NCBI GenBank assembly: GCA_965235115.1
Contig: OZ249451.1
Coordinates: 20,274,001 to 20,338,000, forward strand
Source of the DNA: Laetmonice hystrix
Lineage: Eukaryota
Reading direction: 5' to 3'
DNA: 64,000 nucleotides
The position numbers and the translations under genes were made by a program. Below are positions 38,901 through 51,376 of the stretch, in pieces (positions within the stretch are counted from its first letter, which is position 1; every line of letters starts with the position of its first letter). Under the pieces are notes generated by a model. The model did no database searches, was not told the origin of the DNA, and saw nothing but the letters and a program-made list of their open reading frames with translations.

Positions 38901-39286
38901 GCGGGTATAGACGGTCGGACAGAGGGGCTGGACACTTGGAGCGAGGAACAGGGTACAAAATGACGTTTTGTACGGGTACAAAACGTTTTGTACCTAACAT
39001 CCTCACCCTAATCTCTATCTGATCATGACGTAATACACCGCCTCCATTCTATTATATAGGTTAGACTAAACTCATGATGAAATAAATACACTTTAATCCA
39101 AATTAGATGAAGGTAATTGTTTTTTTCTTTACATCTTTTTATAATAAATTCAATTTAGTTCACATTTTACAGCGTGAACTTCCTTTGATATGCATGTTTA
39201 CATGCTAAAGTTCTCTTGAGTTTATATAATAATATATTTTTGGGGTTTGCTTTTTAACGTGGTATTTTGTTGCATCTTATTTTGTT

Positions 39287-41032
39287 GACACCGGGATCAG
39301 TGGACCAGGCGGGTGGAGACACCGGGACCAGTGGACCAGGCGGGTGGAGACACCGGGATCAGTGGACCAGGCGGGTGGAGACACCGGGACCAGTGGACCA
39401 GGCGGGTGGAGACACCGGGACCAGTGGACCAGGCGGGTGGAGACACCGGGACCAGTGGACCAGGCGGGTGGAGACACCGGGATCAGTGGACCAGGCGGGT
39501 GGAGACACCGGGACCAGTGGACCAGGCGGGTGGAGACACCGGAATCAGTGGACCAGGCGGGTGGAGACACTGGGACCAGTGGACCAGGCGGGTGGAGACA
39601 CCGGGACCAGTGGACCAGGCGGGTGGAGACACCGGGACCAGTGGACCAGGCGGGTGGAGACACCGGGACCAGTGGACCAGGAGGGTGGAGACACCGGGAT
39701 CAGTGGACCAGGCGGATGGAGACACCGGGATCAGTGGACCAGGCGGGTGGAGACACCGGGACCAGTGGACCAGGAGGGTGGAGACACCGGGATCAGTGGA
39801 CCAGGCGGGTGGAGACACCGGGATCAGTGGACCAGGCGGGTGGAGACACCGGGACCAGGCGGGTGGAGACACCGGGACCAGTGGACCAGGCGGGTGGAGA
39901 CATCGGGATCAGTGGACCAGGCGGGTAGTGACACCGGGACCAGTGGACCAGGCGGGTGGAGACACCGGGATCAGGGGACCAGGCGGGTGGAGACACCGGG
40001 ACCAGTGGACCAGGCGGGTGGAGACACCGGGACCAGTGGACCAGGCGGGTGGAGACACCGGGACCAGTGGACCAGGCGGGTGGAGACACCGGGACCAGTG
40101 GACCAGGCGGGTGGAGACACCGGGACCAGTGGACCAGGCGGGTGGAGACACCGGGATCAGGCGGGTGGAGACACCGGGACCAGTGGACCAGGCGGGTGGA
40201 GACACCGGGACCAGTGGACCAGGAGGGTGGAGACACCGGGATCAGTGGACCAGGCGGGTGGAGACACCGGGATCAGTGGACCAGGCGGGTGGAGACACCG
40301 GGACCAGTGGACCAGGCGGGTGGAGACACCGGGATCAGTGGACCAGGCGGGTGGAGAGAGTGGGACCAGTGGACCAGGCGGGTGGAGACACCGGGATCAG
40401 TGGACCAGGCGGGTGGAGACACCGGGACCAGTGGACCAGGCGGGTGGAGACACCGGGACCAGTGGACCAGGCGGGTGGAGACACCGGAATCAGTGGACCA
40501 GGCGGGTGGAGCCACCGGGACCAGGCGGGTGGAGACACCGGAATCAGTGGACCAGGCGGGTGGAGCCACCGGGACCAGGCGGGTGGAGACACCGGAATCA
40601 GTGGACCAGGCGGGTGGAGCCACCGGGACCAGGCGGGTAGTGACACCGGGACCAGTGGACCAGGCGGGTGGAGACACCGGGATCAGTGGACCAGGCGGGT
40701 GGAGACACCGGGACCAGGCGGGTGGAGACACCGGGACCAGTGGACCAGGCGGGTGGAGACATCGGGATCAGTGGACCAGGCGGGTGGAGACACCGGGATC
40801 AGTGGACCAGGCGGGTGGAGACACCGGGATCAGTGGACCAGGCGGGTGGAGACACCGGGACCAGGCGGGTGGAGACACCGGGACCAGTGGACCAGGCGGG
40901 TGGAGACACCGGGACCAGTGGACCAGGCGGGTGGAGACACCGGGATCAGGGGACCAGGCGGGTGGAGACACCGGGACCAGTGGACCAGGCGGGTGGAGAC
41001 ACCGGGACCAGTGGACCAGGCGGGTGGAGACA
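39287..41032 (+). repeat. 31-bp GC-rich minisatellite, ~56 units
   Basis: Unit gacaccggga(c/t)cagtggaccaggcgggtgga, with 23-bp deletion variants. Confidence 0.97.
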
Positions 41033-43046
41033 GCGGGTGAATGGTGATGTGTATGGTGGTGAGGATGGTAGGGGTAGGGTTGTATACAAACTGTTGTTGT
41101 TGACCGATAGACCCGGTGGCTGGTACAGATATATTATATAGCTTGGCTGCACATTGATTACAGATTCTATAGTCGGAGAATCTTAGCGTGTTCACGGGTC
41201 TGAGTGTGGTGTGCAATGATCGAATTAGTGAGTGTTTTATAAAGGTTGACTGACCGAAACATGGTTTACGTGCCCCCCCTAACACCCCCCCCCCCTCCAT
41301 CCTCATCTATTGGACCGGTTGCTGCAGATCACTGATGCCACACGACCGAAAACATCAGCCTCCATGGAGAAGCGATTTGTTACATCCATGTGGCCACCCT
41401 TGTGTTTTCTCTCGATGTAAGGTCTCACTATAATATATATATTATGATTCAGTCGAACCGTGAATACATATTACACCCTGGGTATTCAGACTGCGCATGT
41501 CCGATGACATGACACTTGTTTTCCTTCCTGGTTGTGTGTGGGTTTTTTTCTTTTCGTTTTGCTTTTATTTTTGTGTTTTTTATTCGGGGGGGGGGGTTGT
41601 CTCTTTGTGTTCATGCTGTTGGGGGTTTCTACGTCATGTATACCCATCAAATTGAGATAGATTATAACATACTTTGATAGATTAAACATATACCTCCCCT
41701 CTAGACTACAGAGAGACAATATCCTAGTTCACTCAGTGTTGGCCAATGTATGGGGCTCCAGACATCAAGGCACCCCTGGGGTTTCATGCTCGTCACCTAA
41801 CCCCATTATTCTTGGTGGCATAGACTTTTTGTCGCTGTGCCTGCCAGTATACACTCGTCCTATACGTCAGGCGGGCAACGATTTACAACTGGTCGTATCA
41901 CACTCCTGAGAACTGATTAAATTTTCAGGGGGTCATAACTTGGCGGTAATCGACCTGGAAAAATAGCCTTCCGGCTGGCCAAGCCCAGCACCTCGGAATC
42001 ATTTGGGGTTATTTTATGGTCTCTCGCGGGCAGGGGGACCGTCGGCTTGCCCCCATTCCGAACGTTTTTAATTGCATATACATCTTTCTGACTCACCGTG
42101 GCCTACGACTAAGACGATGCCCCCACCATCTTGGGCCAGTAATGTGGTGTCGTTTCGGTTGTAAGCGCCGCTGCTGTCCTCTCAGTTGTTTCACAGCCTT
42201 GTTGGGGTATAGGCCTATGTTTGTCAACAAGGGAGCAGCCTCGCTATCCGTCGGCCACCGTATCCTAACATCTCTTTGTGTCGTCATTGTCGCCGTGTAG
42301 CAGACGACAAGCAGGCGTTTGTTTTCAAAGTGACGTGAGTTGCGGCAAAAAAATACCAGTTTTTGTTTGTTGTCGTCTGCGTGGTGCCACCGATATGTAT
42401 CTGGTTTAATGAACGCCGTTGCCGTTTGAATATTATAGGGTCAACGTCCGCGACGTCACGCTGCCAGTCATCTTCACAGAAGCAGACGACATTTTGACAA
42501 GTTGAGCGTTATCCCAAGTTTCCTAGGTCAGACCACCGGAGGACGTTTTACAGGATTAACCGACGATCAGCAATCTTCAACGTCATCAACAGGCAACCAC
42601 TTCATCAAACTATCCAGGAATCAATCATGATTCGGAGTTGTGTATGCATGAACCCTTCCAGCGTTCTGCTGCGATCATATCCTGGGTCAGGGGGACAAAG
42701 GTTGGCCTCAGAGCACTAGCACCGGGTGACGTACCAATTGAAGTGTGCCTGTCATCGGTGATTAATTGCGCCCAGAATGACTATATACTCCGCCTAGAGT
42801 AGGTTAACTGCACCGCTTCCACGCGACGAACACGCTACCCCCAACAAAAGCCTGCAAAGTCGTCATTTCTTGCCCGCCAAAGATGTCAGTAACCGTACAA
42901 AACCAGACGACACACACACATATCCTTCCCCTTCTACCATCTACGAACGTTACACCAGTCCTGCGCGAAAAATGTGCTTCAAAACAGGAAAATCGGGCTA
43001 CTATTTCACATTGATTGAGTTTTATGGTTTTGAAAGTAGCGCCATG

Positions 43047-43134
43047 ATTGGCCCGCCCCGGTCACGTGAGCAAAAAGTGCAAAAAATTACGACTTGTGTC
43101 CGACATTATGGCACTGTAAATCATAAAATAATTG
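43047..43134 (+). promoter_or_regulatory. promoter/enhancer-like module (CCAAT, GC box, E-box, Hox and Pbx-Hox sites)
   Basis: ATTGG 43047-43051; CCGCCC 43053-43058; GTCACGTG 43061-43068; AATTACGAC 43085-43093; CATTATGGC 43104-43112; GTAAATCA (TGATTTAC on the - strand) 43116-43123 followed by TAAAATAATTG. Confidence 0.5.
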
Positions 43135-46100
43135 CTCGCGCTGTGGCGCTGGCAAGGATAAGAATGGTGTAGCAGATATGTCGGTCAGGCACACACACAA
43201 CGCTTCTTGTGTTCGCTAAACCACTGGATTTTACTGGAAACAGACGGCGTGGAATGCTGAGTGGCGTACAAAGTTTGCAAGCCTCGCTATCGGGCGATGT
43301 TAGAGGCAGGCGAACGTCGTTTATTCGTTACCATGGTACTTAATACGGAAAACGGTGAGCAGGGGCCGCTGACTGCCCGGAAAATATTGATGGTGCCTTC
43401 GCTCACGTTTGGTCGGTAAAGGAAATTCAGCATCGTCTGGGAGGCGGGAGGCTTGCCTTATTGGATTTCGGTATTGTGTCAGCGCGCATGGAGCCTTTTG
43501 AGGGAGGAATGAAGGGAGTGAGCCAACGTGAGGGGCAGTCGACTGTCAACAAAACCAACCACCGGTAAGTCGCCTTTAGCTAATTGGCCGACGCCGTATT
43601 GACAGATCCGAGCGACGCGTCTATTTCATCCCATTTCACGACCGGCCAAAGTCCACACGCTTCACAATCCGAGCGTACACAGCTCTGTCCTGACAGCCAA
43701 CCATTTCTCCCGAGGATACTATTGACCCAGAATGATCTGACATAGAAGAGCTTTATTTATTTAGATTTCCCTGGGTTAGGCATATGTTTTTTCACCCTCT
43801 CCGGTCATGTTGTACGCCATGATGGCGTATGTGTTTACATGACGAGGGTAGAGCATGGGGATTTACTCGAGTTGGCACTATGGTTGTAGATATACAGTGT
43901 CGTGTAGATCCCCCTCCCAACCCCCAAACTACCAGTGTATAACGTACACAGATCTCAGTAAATGTTGACCAGTCGAGACCTCAGGTTACGTGGTTGGGAG
44001 ATGGGGTTACATGAGCTTACGTAAGGGAAGCTGGCAAGTCGACAGGAAGGCTGCCCCAGTGATGCTGGCCATGCTCGCCGCTCTAACCTTGCTTACCGCG
44101 GGTCACCAACCAACCACCCTCCAGCCTGCTAGTCTTTCAACCATCTTTAATTTTCTTTTTTAATTTTTGGCTTTACCTTAGTAAAAAAAACGAAGTCGTG
44201 TGTAATCAGTGATTATTTACGGTGAGAGTGTTTTAACCAGCCTTTACAAGGATCAAGAATCAACAGGCTTGTCAATATTTCCGTTTGAATAAGCAAGTAG
44301 GCGCGGTGGAAAAACGAGGCTTTAGAGCTGAAGACAGGGTGATGTTGACAGCGAGGTGGCCCAGCCAATCCAATATTGACTCTTTACAAACCACAGCATG
44401 CCAACAGGGAATGGGGAAAAACGAATGAACAAAAAATACCACAAGGATCAAGGTAAGGGTCATAGATTGAGGAGAGGAGGGGGCAGCGGATTGAAAATAT
44501 GACATTGAGGTTGCCGTTCGCCTTTACTGAGCACCTGTATTACAGTAATGAGTTAAATTATTGTAACTTAATGAAATGATGTTTGCGTCATTGAATACTT
44601 GATGAAGCCAGTGGCTTGCCTTGAGACTGCGCAGAGCCGGTCATGTATGTCTGCGATGTCAAATCTAAATGTAGGTTTGTACTCAGATACCCAGAATTAC
44701 GATCTACCTTTCATCATCATGTCAATATGTTATTAATTTGTCTCAATTATTCGTTCGTCTATTAAATTCTTAATTGCATCTCACGTTGAACGAAGCCATG
44801 TTTTATCATAGTGTACGCATCCCAGATACCCATTACATGAATGTATCCATTACATGAATGTATGTTGTATGATTTTCTTTCTCTTTTTTGTTAATTGAAT
44901 ATATTTAAAGAGTACCCTGTCTTTATATTTGAATTTACATTCCTTGTACATTTCGAAGATGTGAACGCATCTCAATGGCTCATATACATGAACATATAGA
45001 TAAATGTATAGGGTTGTTTGGGCCGTTAGTATTTTATTCAGCCTGGGTGATGTCAATTGTTAAAATGACTGATTAAAAAATGGATGCATTAACGAAGCAA
45101 TAATACCAAGAGTGCTGGTAATAACAGGATACTTGGTACTATGACTGATAAAAACGATCGGAACAAATCGACTTTTTTTCAAAAATTATGGCATGCAAAT
45201 ATCCTCTCATGTGGCGCGTTGGATTAATAATAGGGAAGCATTAAAAAAATTACAACTGGTGTAACATTAGTATAATTTCGTTAGTACTATTATTTAAAGA
45301 CAGAAAGAGTTCAGAAATCTCTTAGAAATAGGGTCTATAGAAACGAGATGTATAACAAAATACCAGAAAATAAGTTGTTCAAACAGATAAGTAAAATAAA
45401 ACCAAAAAAATCAATCAAGTAATGCATAAATAAATATATAAATAAACACAGTTATAAGTATATATATGCATCAAAACATTCATGAGTATACATATAGACA
45501 GATAAGTAACATATAAAAATGTCAATAAAGACCTTGCACCGTGCAGGTATAGCCAGAGAAAGCATGTGGTGTTAGTTGTTGGCCTGCAGCCAGTGCCCGC
45601 CCAACATGCGCGCCTCCCAAGTCAAACTGAAGCCACGCTGAACCAAATTCGTATTTGGCGCGTCCGCTGTGCGCGTGCGTACTAGGTCTGGCTGATGAAT
45701 TATTCCATGAGCTGTTGTTGCATGGCGCTTGTAGATACTGACATGGTAGACGACATTCTGACGACCACGGTGGTCTGTGAGACGTGGCTTCTCCTGCTGG
45801 TGAGGAGGGTTCATCCTCTGATCCTTAGACAGACAACGTATCTGAGATCTTGGCGGAATGTGGCCGCGGCTTGGTGAAGATAAGATATATGATAATATGT
45901 GTCATAAGTGGTTTGGTGTGGTAGGCGTTTGATGTTTCTCAACTCGTTCGTTTGGGTATTAATATACAGGTGGGAGGACTAGATATACGTGTTTATATCG
46001 GGAAGATGTGCTGCCGTATATCTACGTCTTACATATAACATTCTCATGTCGCGTTTATCTGAGGAAGGATGTCATTTATATCATTCAGTGTCTGTGGTTT

Positions 46101-46189
46101 CTATAGGGGGCGGGGTTTGTGTGGGGATTTCGTCCAGGTTCGATCCACACTGATCGGTATCAGGAATTAGGAGGTCGGACCTTGAGCTG

Positions 46190-46990
46190 TCGGCGAGCTG
46201 AGCATGGAAGGAGAGACCGGCCTGGGCTGGGAGTCGACCCGGGGAGTGGTCGACGGGAGATCGGCGTGGGTTGGGATCCCGTCCGTGGGCTGCGACCCGA
46301 CCCGTCGACCCGGAGAGCGGTCGTGGGGAACCCGGCCTGGGCTGGGACCCGGCCCGGGGAGAGGTCTAGGGGAGACCGACCTGGGTTGGTACCCGGCCCG
46401 GGGAGTGGTCGAGGGGAGACCGGCGTGGGTTGGGAGCCGGGCCGTAGGCTGGGACCGGACCCGTCGATCCGGGGACAGGTCGAGGGGAGACCGCGTGGGC
46501 TGGGACCTGGCCCAGGGAGAGGTCTAGGGGAGACCGCGTGGGCTGGGACCCGACCCGTCCACCCGGGGAGCGGTCTAGGACCCGACCCGTAAGAACGGCG
46601 TGAGTTGGGACACGACCCGTCGACCCGGGGGTTGGAGCCCGGCCGTGGGCTGGGACCCGACCCGTCGACCCGGGGGTTGGAGCCCGGCCGTGGGTTGGGA
46701 CCGGACCCGTCGACCCAGGGAGAGGTCTAGGGGAGACCGCGTGGGCTGGGACCCGACCCGTCCACCCGGGGAGCGGTCTAGGACCCGACCCGTAAGAACG
46801 GCGTGAGTTGGGACACGACCCGTCGACACGGTCGGGGGTTGAGCCCGGCCGTGGGTTGGGACCCGACCCGTCGACCCGGGGGTTGGAGCCCGGCCGTGGG
46901 TTGGGACCGGACCCGTCGACCCAGGGAGAGGTCTAGGAGAGACCGGCGTGGGTTGGGACCCGACCCGTCGACCCGAGGTTTGGAGCCCGG
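46190..46990 (+). repeat. GC/CpG-rich complex tandem repeat (~45-bp subunits, ~203-bp higher-order duplication)
   Basis: gttggagcccggccgtggg(c/t)tgggacccgacccgtcgacccgggg at 46631 and 46676; the block at 46561 recurs at 46764. Confidence 0.85.
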
Positions 46991-49441
46991 CCGCACGTTT
47001 GAGCCCAGCCGTGGGCAGACTCCAACGTGCGGCCGCCTCACACAGGCAACGTGAAATTTGTCTCCCGCACACCACCACACACATACACCCGCCTTTAGTG
47101 AGCAGACATGCAAGCTAGATTGAAAATCTTTCTTTTGGTCGGCCTGGAAAGGCAGGACAAAGGTGGAAGAATTCTGAAGGAATTTAATCAGAGGCCGTAG
47201 ACGGGAGGTAGGCCGTGAACTGACTCACTGAACGGGTTCCGCAGTCCGCGGACAATGTTTCCAGACAAGTCCACCCGCTCCCGCCTACCTTGCCCTCGCC
47301 TGGGATAAAATTGAAAAAGCTTTGCTAAAGTATAACAAAAATAAAGAAGAAAAACAACTTTTTCTGAAGGCTGGACACGCGTGGTATTTGTGGCCAAACC
47401 AAGGTTTCGTATGGAACACTTTCTGTGGTGTTTTTATAGGTGAAACCAGTTTTTTCTAAGGAAAACGATCACGTCAGATCTAGATACTTCACTTGAGTTG
47501 GCTCCTAGGGGTTGAGTTATGACCGTTTTAGCGTTTCATGAAGACAAAAATAATGGGGAAAATAAAACGAAATGTGTGTCAAGTCAGAGAGCAGGGTTTT
47601 TTAGAACAATTTTTTAAAAAATATGTTGTCATGATGTAGGCTACTATACAAACTCTAAGAATATAGACCAGAAAGAAACATTCTGAATCTACAACTAGCG
47701 GACATTAATAGAACGAAATAAGATTTAATTAATATTTTTCATCCGAAACAGGGAGGTGCATGGAGTTTGCTTGTAACACAGATGTATACTGAGAGAAAAG
47801 TGTCTCGGCAGTACGACCGGAAAGTGTACGAAGATCGCGTTCATTTAGCATGCGTCAGCCATGGATCTGTAGCCAAGCAATGCGTCTTATCTCGATAATC
47901 CACGATCATCTCTCGTCGGTCCCTCTTTCGTCGACATTTTGTTGACATTCGGAGAGGAGCGGGTGGACGGCGCCCGGCCGAGGAGAGACGTCAAATCCCT
48001 GAGATCCTCGAGGCGGGGGAATGGACGTCGGCAGGCGACGAGAAACTTAGGTTGGTACTTCTCAAAGACGGCAGATCTGGGTTAACTGAAAGCCGTCGAG
48101 GAGGCGGGATACGAGCTGATCCATCATCCTGGCCGGTAGAATGGCTGTCATTGGGGCTGGGGATCGAACGGCCTGCACTGAGATGGCCCAGTGACACCGC
48201 GGCCCTGTCCCCCCTCACACGGCACGGCTCCCGGTCCCGGCCCACCGCCGTCCGCCGGGGTTACAGCCGGGCTCGACCCCACACCCCCTCCCCATACACC
48301 CCCACACACCCGTGCCAATATCACAATCAATACACAACTGCTTCCATCTCCGCCTTCTCGATACATTAAACCCAATCCTGCCAGAGCTATCAAACAATCC
48401 ACCTTATTCAAACTGAGAATGTGGTTATCGCTTCCCCGCGCCCCTGACGGGTTCGATGTGATCTCCATGCAATATCTGACAGTTCGCCAAACCCCGTGTT
48501 GCCAACTCCAAGCCTCTCTCACAATCTCTCATATAGGATCAATCAATGCCTATTTTCACGGAGACTATTCAGGGTGCATTTTTACGTGCGCTTCAATTTG
48601 TTTTCCATTATGCAGTCTTAGCATTTGTCGATCTCGCGCAGCCAAAATATGCTAACCAATTCGACTAGGCCTCACTTTTCCCATATCGAATGTCGCTTGC
48701 CAATTTGGCCGATAAACCCCGGGCTGAACTGGCCGCTGCCTGCCGATAGTCGCCGACATTCGATCCTATCACCTCTCTACAGATAAGTACTGAGCATTTC
48801 GATGAATTACATTTAACGAGTTATGTGGGGAAACAATTAAAGGGTTGTCATATTGCAGCAAAGACAACAAAACCAGGGGAATTTGTGTTTCTAGAATGGC
48901 GCCGTTTGCGCAGTGGGTTTTGACGACTCCTCTTCAACAGACCTGCATATAATGCATTACTGAGTTCTCTTATTTTAAAAAAGAACATCAAAAGTTATAA
49001 ATCATATTTTTTGTCCCAATAATAAAACTCCAACACGCGTGCTGCCCCCTGTAGACACATTGGCCGTTTTTATTCTGGCCCAGCGTGGAATACATTTCCC
49101 TGTCCTGCTTATTGACAAAACAAATGTTCATCGTCTCTCGGCCGATCAGCGTACAATACAAACAAGTCATCTATAATTTTTCTCTCGCTCTCCTTTTCCT
49201 CCCAAAAATATTTATTGACGGGCAACCTTTGGACTGACCCGCGCCCCCTCGACACTGCACCCAAGCCTGGTGCTCTGCATGCAGCGCGAAGTTATTACGG
49301 AAGAAAAATACATTTATTTGTGGAGGTCTCAGGGCGGGCGGGCAGAGCTCGTTCATAATGCCAGATATAGGTCAGCGAGCCAGTGTTTTGTTTACATCCG
49401 TCCAGTGACGTAAACCCTCCAATCACATCGTTGTTTCACAC

Positions 49442-49855
49442 CGTCAGACCCTCTTAGTTTTGTCGTCAGACCCTCTTAGTTTTGTCGCCAGACCGTCTTA
49501 GTTTTGTCGTCAGACCGTCTTAGTTTTGTCGTCAGACCGTCTTAGTTTTGTCGTCAGATCCTCTTAGTTTTGTCGTCAGACCCTCTTAGTTTTGTCGTCA
49601 GACCCTCTTAGTTTTGTCGTGAGACCCTCTTAGTTTTGTCGTCAGATCCTCTTAGTTTTGTCGTCAGATCATAGTTTTGTCGTCAGACCCTCTTAGTTTT
49701 GTCGTCAGACCCTCTTAGTTTTGTCGTCAGACCGTCTTAGTTTTGTCGTCAGACCGTCTTAGTTTTGTCGTCAGACCCTCTTAGTTTTGTCGTCAGACCC
49801 TCTTAGTTTTGTCGTCAGACCCTCTTAGTTTTGTCGTCAGACCCTCTTAGTTTTG
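49442..49855 (+). repeat. 22-bp minisatellite, ~19 copies
   Basis: Unit cgtcagaccctcttagttttgt. Confidence 0.97.
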
Positions 49856-51151
49856 GAAAAACTACTGTAAACAGAACGGAAATTCTGATGGCATTTACTT
49901 AGACGTAAACGGAAACCTGACAGATTATAACTAGGCCGATGTTAATATGGATAGACAACATGAGTTGTAAAACGTGACCTATGATATCTGTGAACGTAAA
50001 GATGTCCTCCCCACAGCCACGAGCAGAATCTAAGACGAAAGTGGGAGCGTTACATTTAAAACCAAATAGATTCATGCTCCTTTTTAAAATATAGATAATA
50101 GAAAACATATTAAAGCAAGACGTCGCTTGGTATTTATTCACTGTACTTACATTTTTTTTACTTACATGGACTGATCGGTCCCATCTTTTTGGAGATTTCC
50201 CCCGAACGAACATCAGTTGTTGACTTATCAATTTTTTCACTTCATGATATTGATCGGTCTGTAAAGAGACGGTCGTCCCGCTACCACCATGCAGTTTTAT
50301 TACTTTATTTTCTGACTCTCGCCTTGATAAAATCGTCGGAGAAAAAAGGACAACGGCTGGAAATAAACATCTGGTTGAAAGAGTTCGGCTTGGGATGAAG
50401 CCGTGTTGAAGAGTCCGCTCACCGGTCGTGTTGAAAAGATTCCGTCGAGTTTTTCTTCTTATGTTTTCTTGGCAGCAGTTGGGACTGTCAACTTTTTCTG
50501 ACCGTTCATATTTCCATTCCTTTAGTATGACAAGAGTATTGTGGCATATCATTTTTTATACCACGTTGGAACTAAATTGTTCAGGCTGTTACAATCAGCC
50601 AATGGGGAGGGGGAGGGGGAGGAGGTCCCCCAAGCGTTTTAGGTACTATAATTATATAAAGAAATGTCTTTTCTGGAGATAAGATTTGTAGGCATAACCA
50701 ACGAGAGTGTGCAGTCGTTGTATGCATGATTGCGAATTATAAAAACGAAAGACATAAGACAGATCTCTGTGTGTTTGGAGGTCATCAAAAATATCGAAAT
50801 ATTGAGTGTAATGTTTTCCGTTTGTTATAATAGACCGTGAAATACAAACATTTTGACGCCAACACAGCATTTATTGCAGAAAAAAAATGTCCAAAGCATA
50901 TTTTTCCATAGCCTTCGCTCCTGTTCCGTATGATAAACGGTTGTATATTTTGTCGATACGTTTAGATTTATGTTGGTGACAAGTAAGTGGATAGAATGAT
51001 TTTTCCCTGGTGGTGAGGACGGGCGCCGGGCGGTGGTAGGGCCGGGTGGTGGTGGGGGCAGGCCCGGGGAGACATACCGGGCCATCGACAGGCCGCGAGC
51101 CGCCGGTCGCTGTCCAGGGAGTACTGATATCGGCTCGACCGTGAACGGCCA

Positions 51152-51376
51152 CGGCCCCCGGCCCTGGACCCAGACCCGGCCCCGGCCCCCGGCCCCCGGC
51201 CCCCGCCCCTCGGTACCGGACACCGCCCTCGGCCCCCGGCCCCCAGCCCTCGGCCCCCGGCCCCCGGCCCCCTGCCCCCGGCCCCCGGCCCCCGGACCCC
51301 GGCCCCCGGACCCCGGCCCCCGGCCCCCGGCCCCCGGACCCCGGACCCCGGACCCCTGCTCCCGGCCCCCGGCCCC
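51152..51376 (+). repeat. (GGCCCCC)n heptamer repeat, ~30 units
   Basis: ggccccc/ggacccc units. Confidence 0.9.

Noticed and set aside
39267-41306. Many overlapping ORFs up to 575 aa
   Set aside because: Translations of the 31-bp array in several frames and on both strands.
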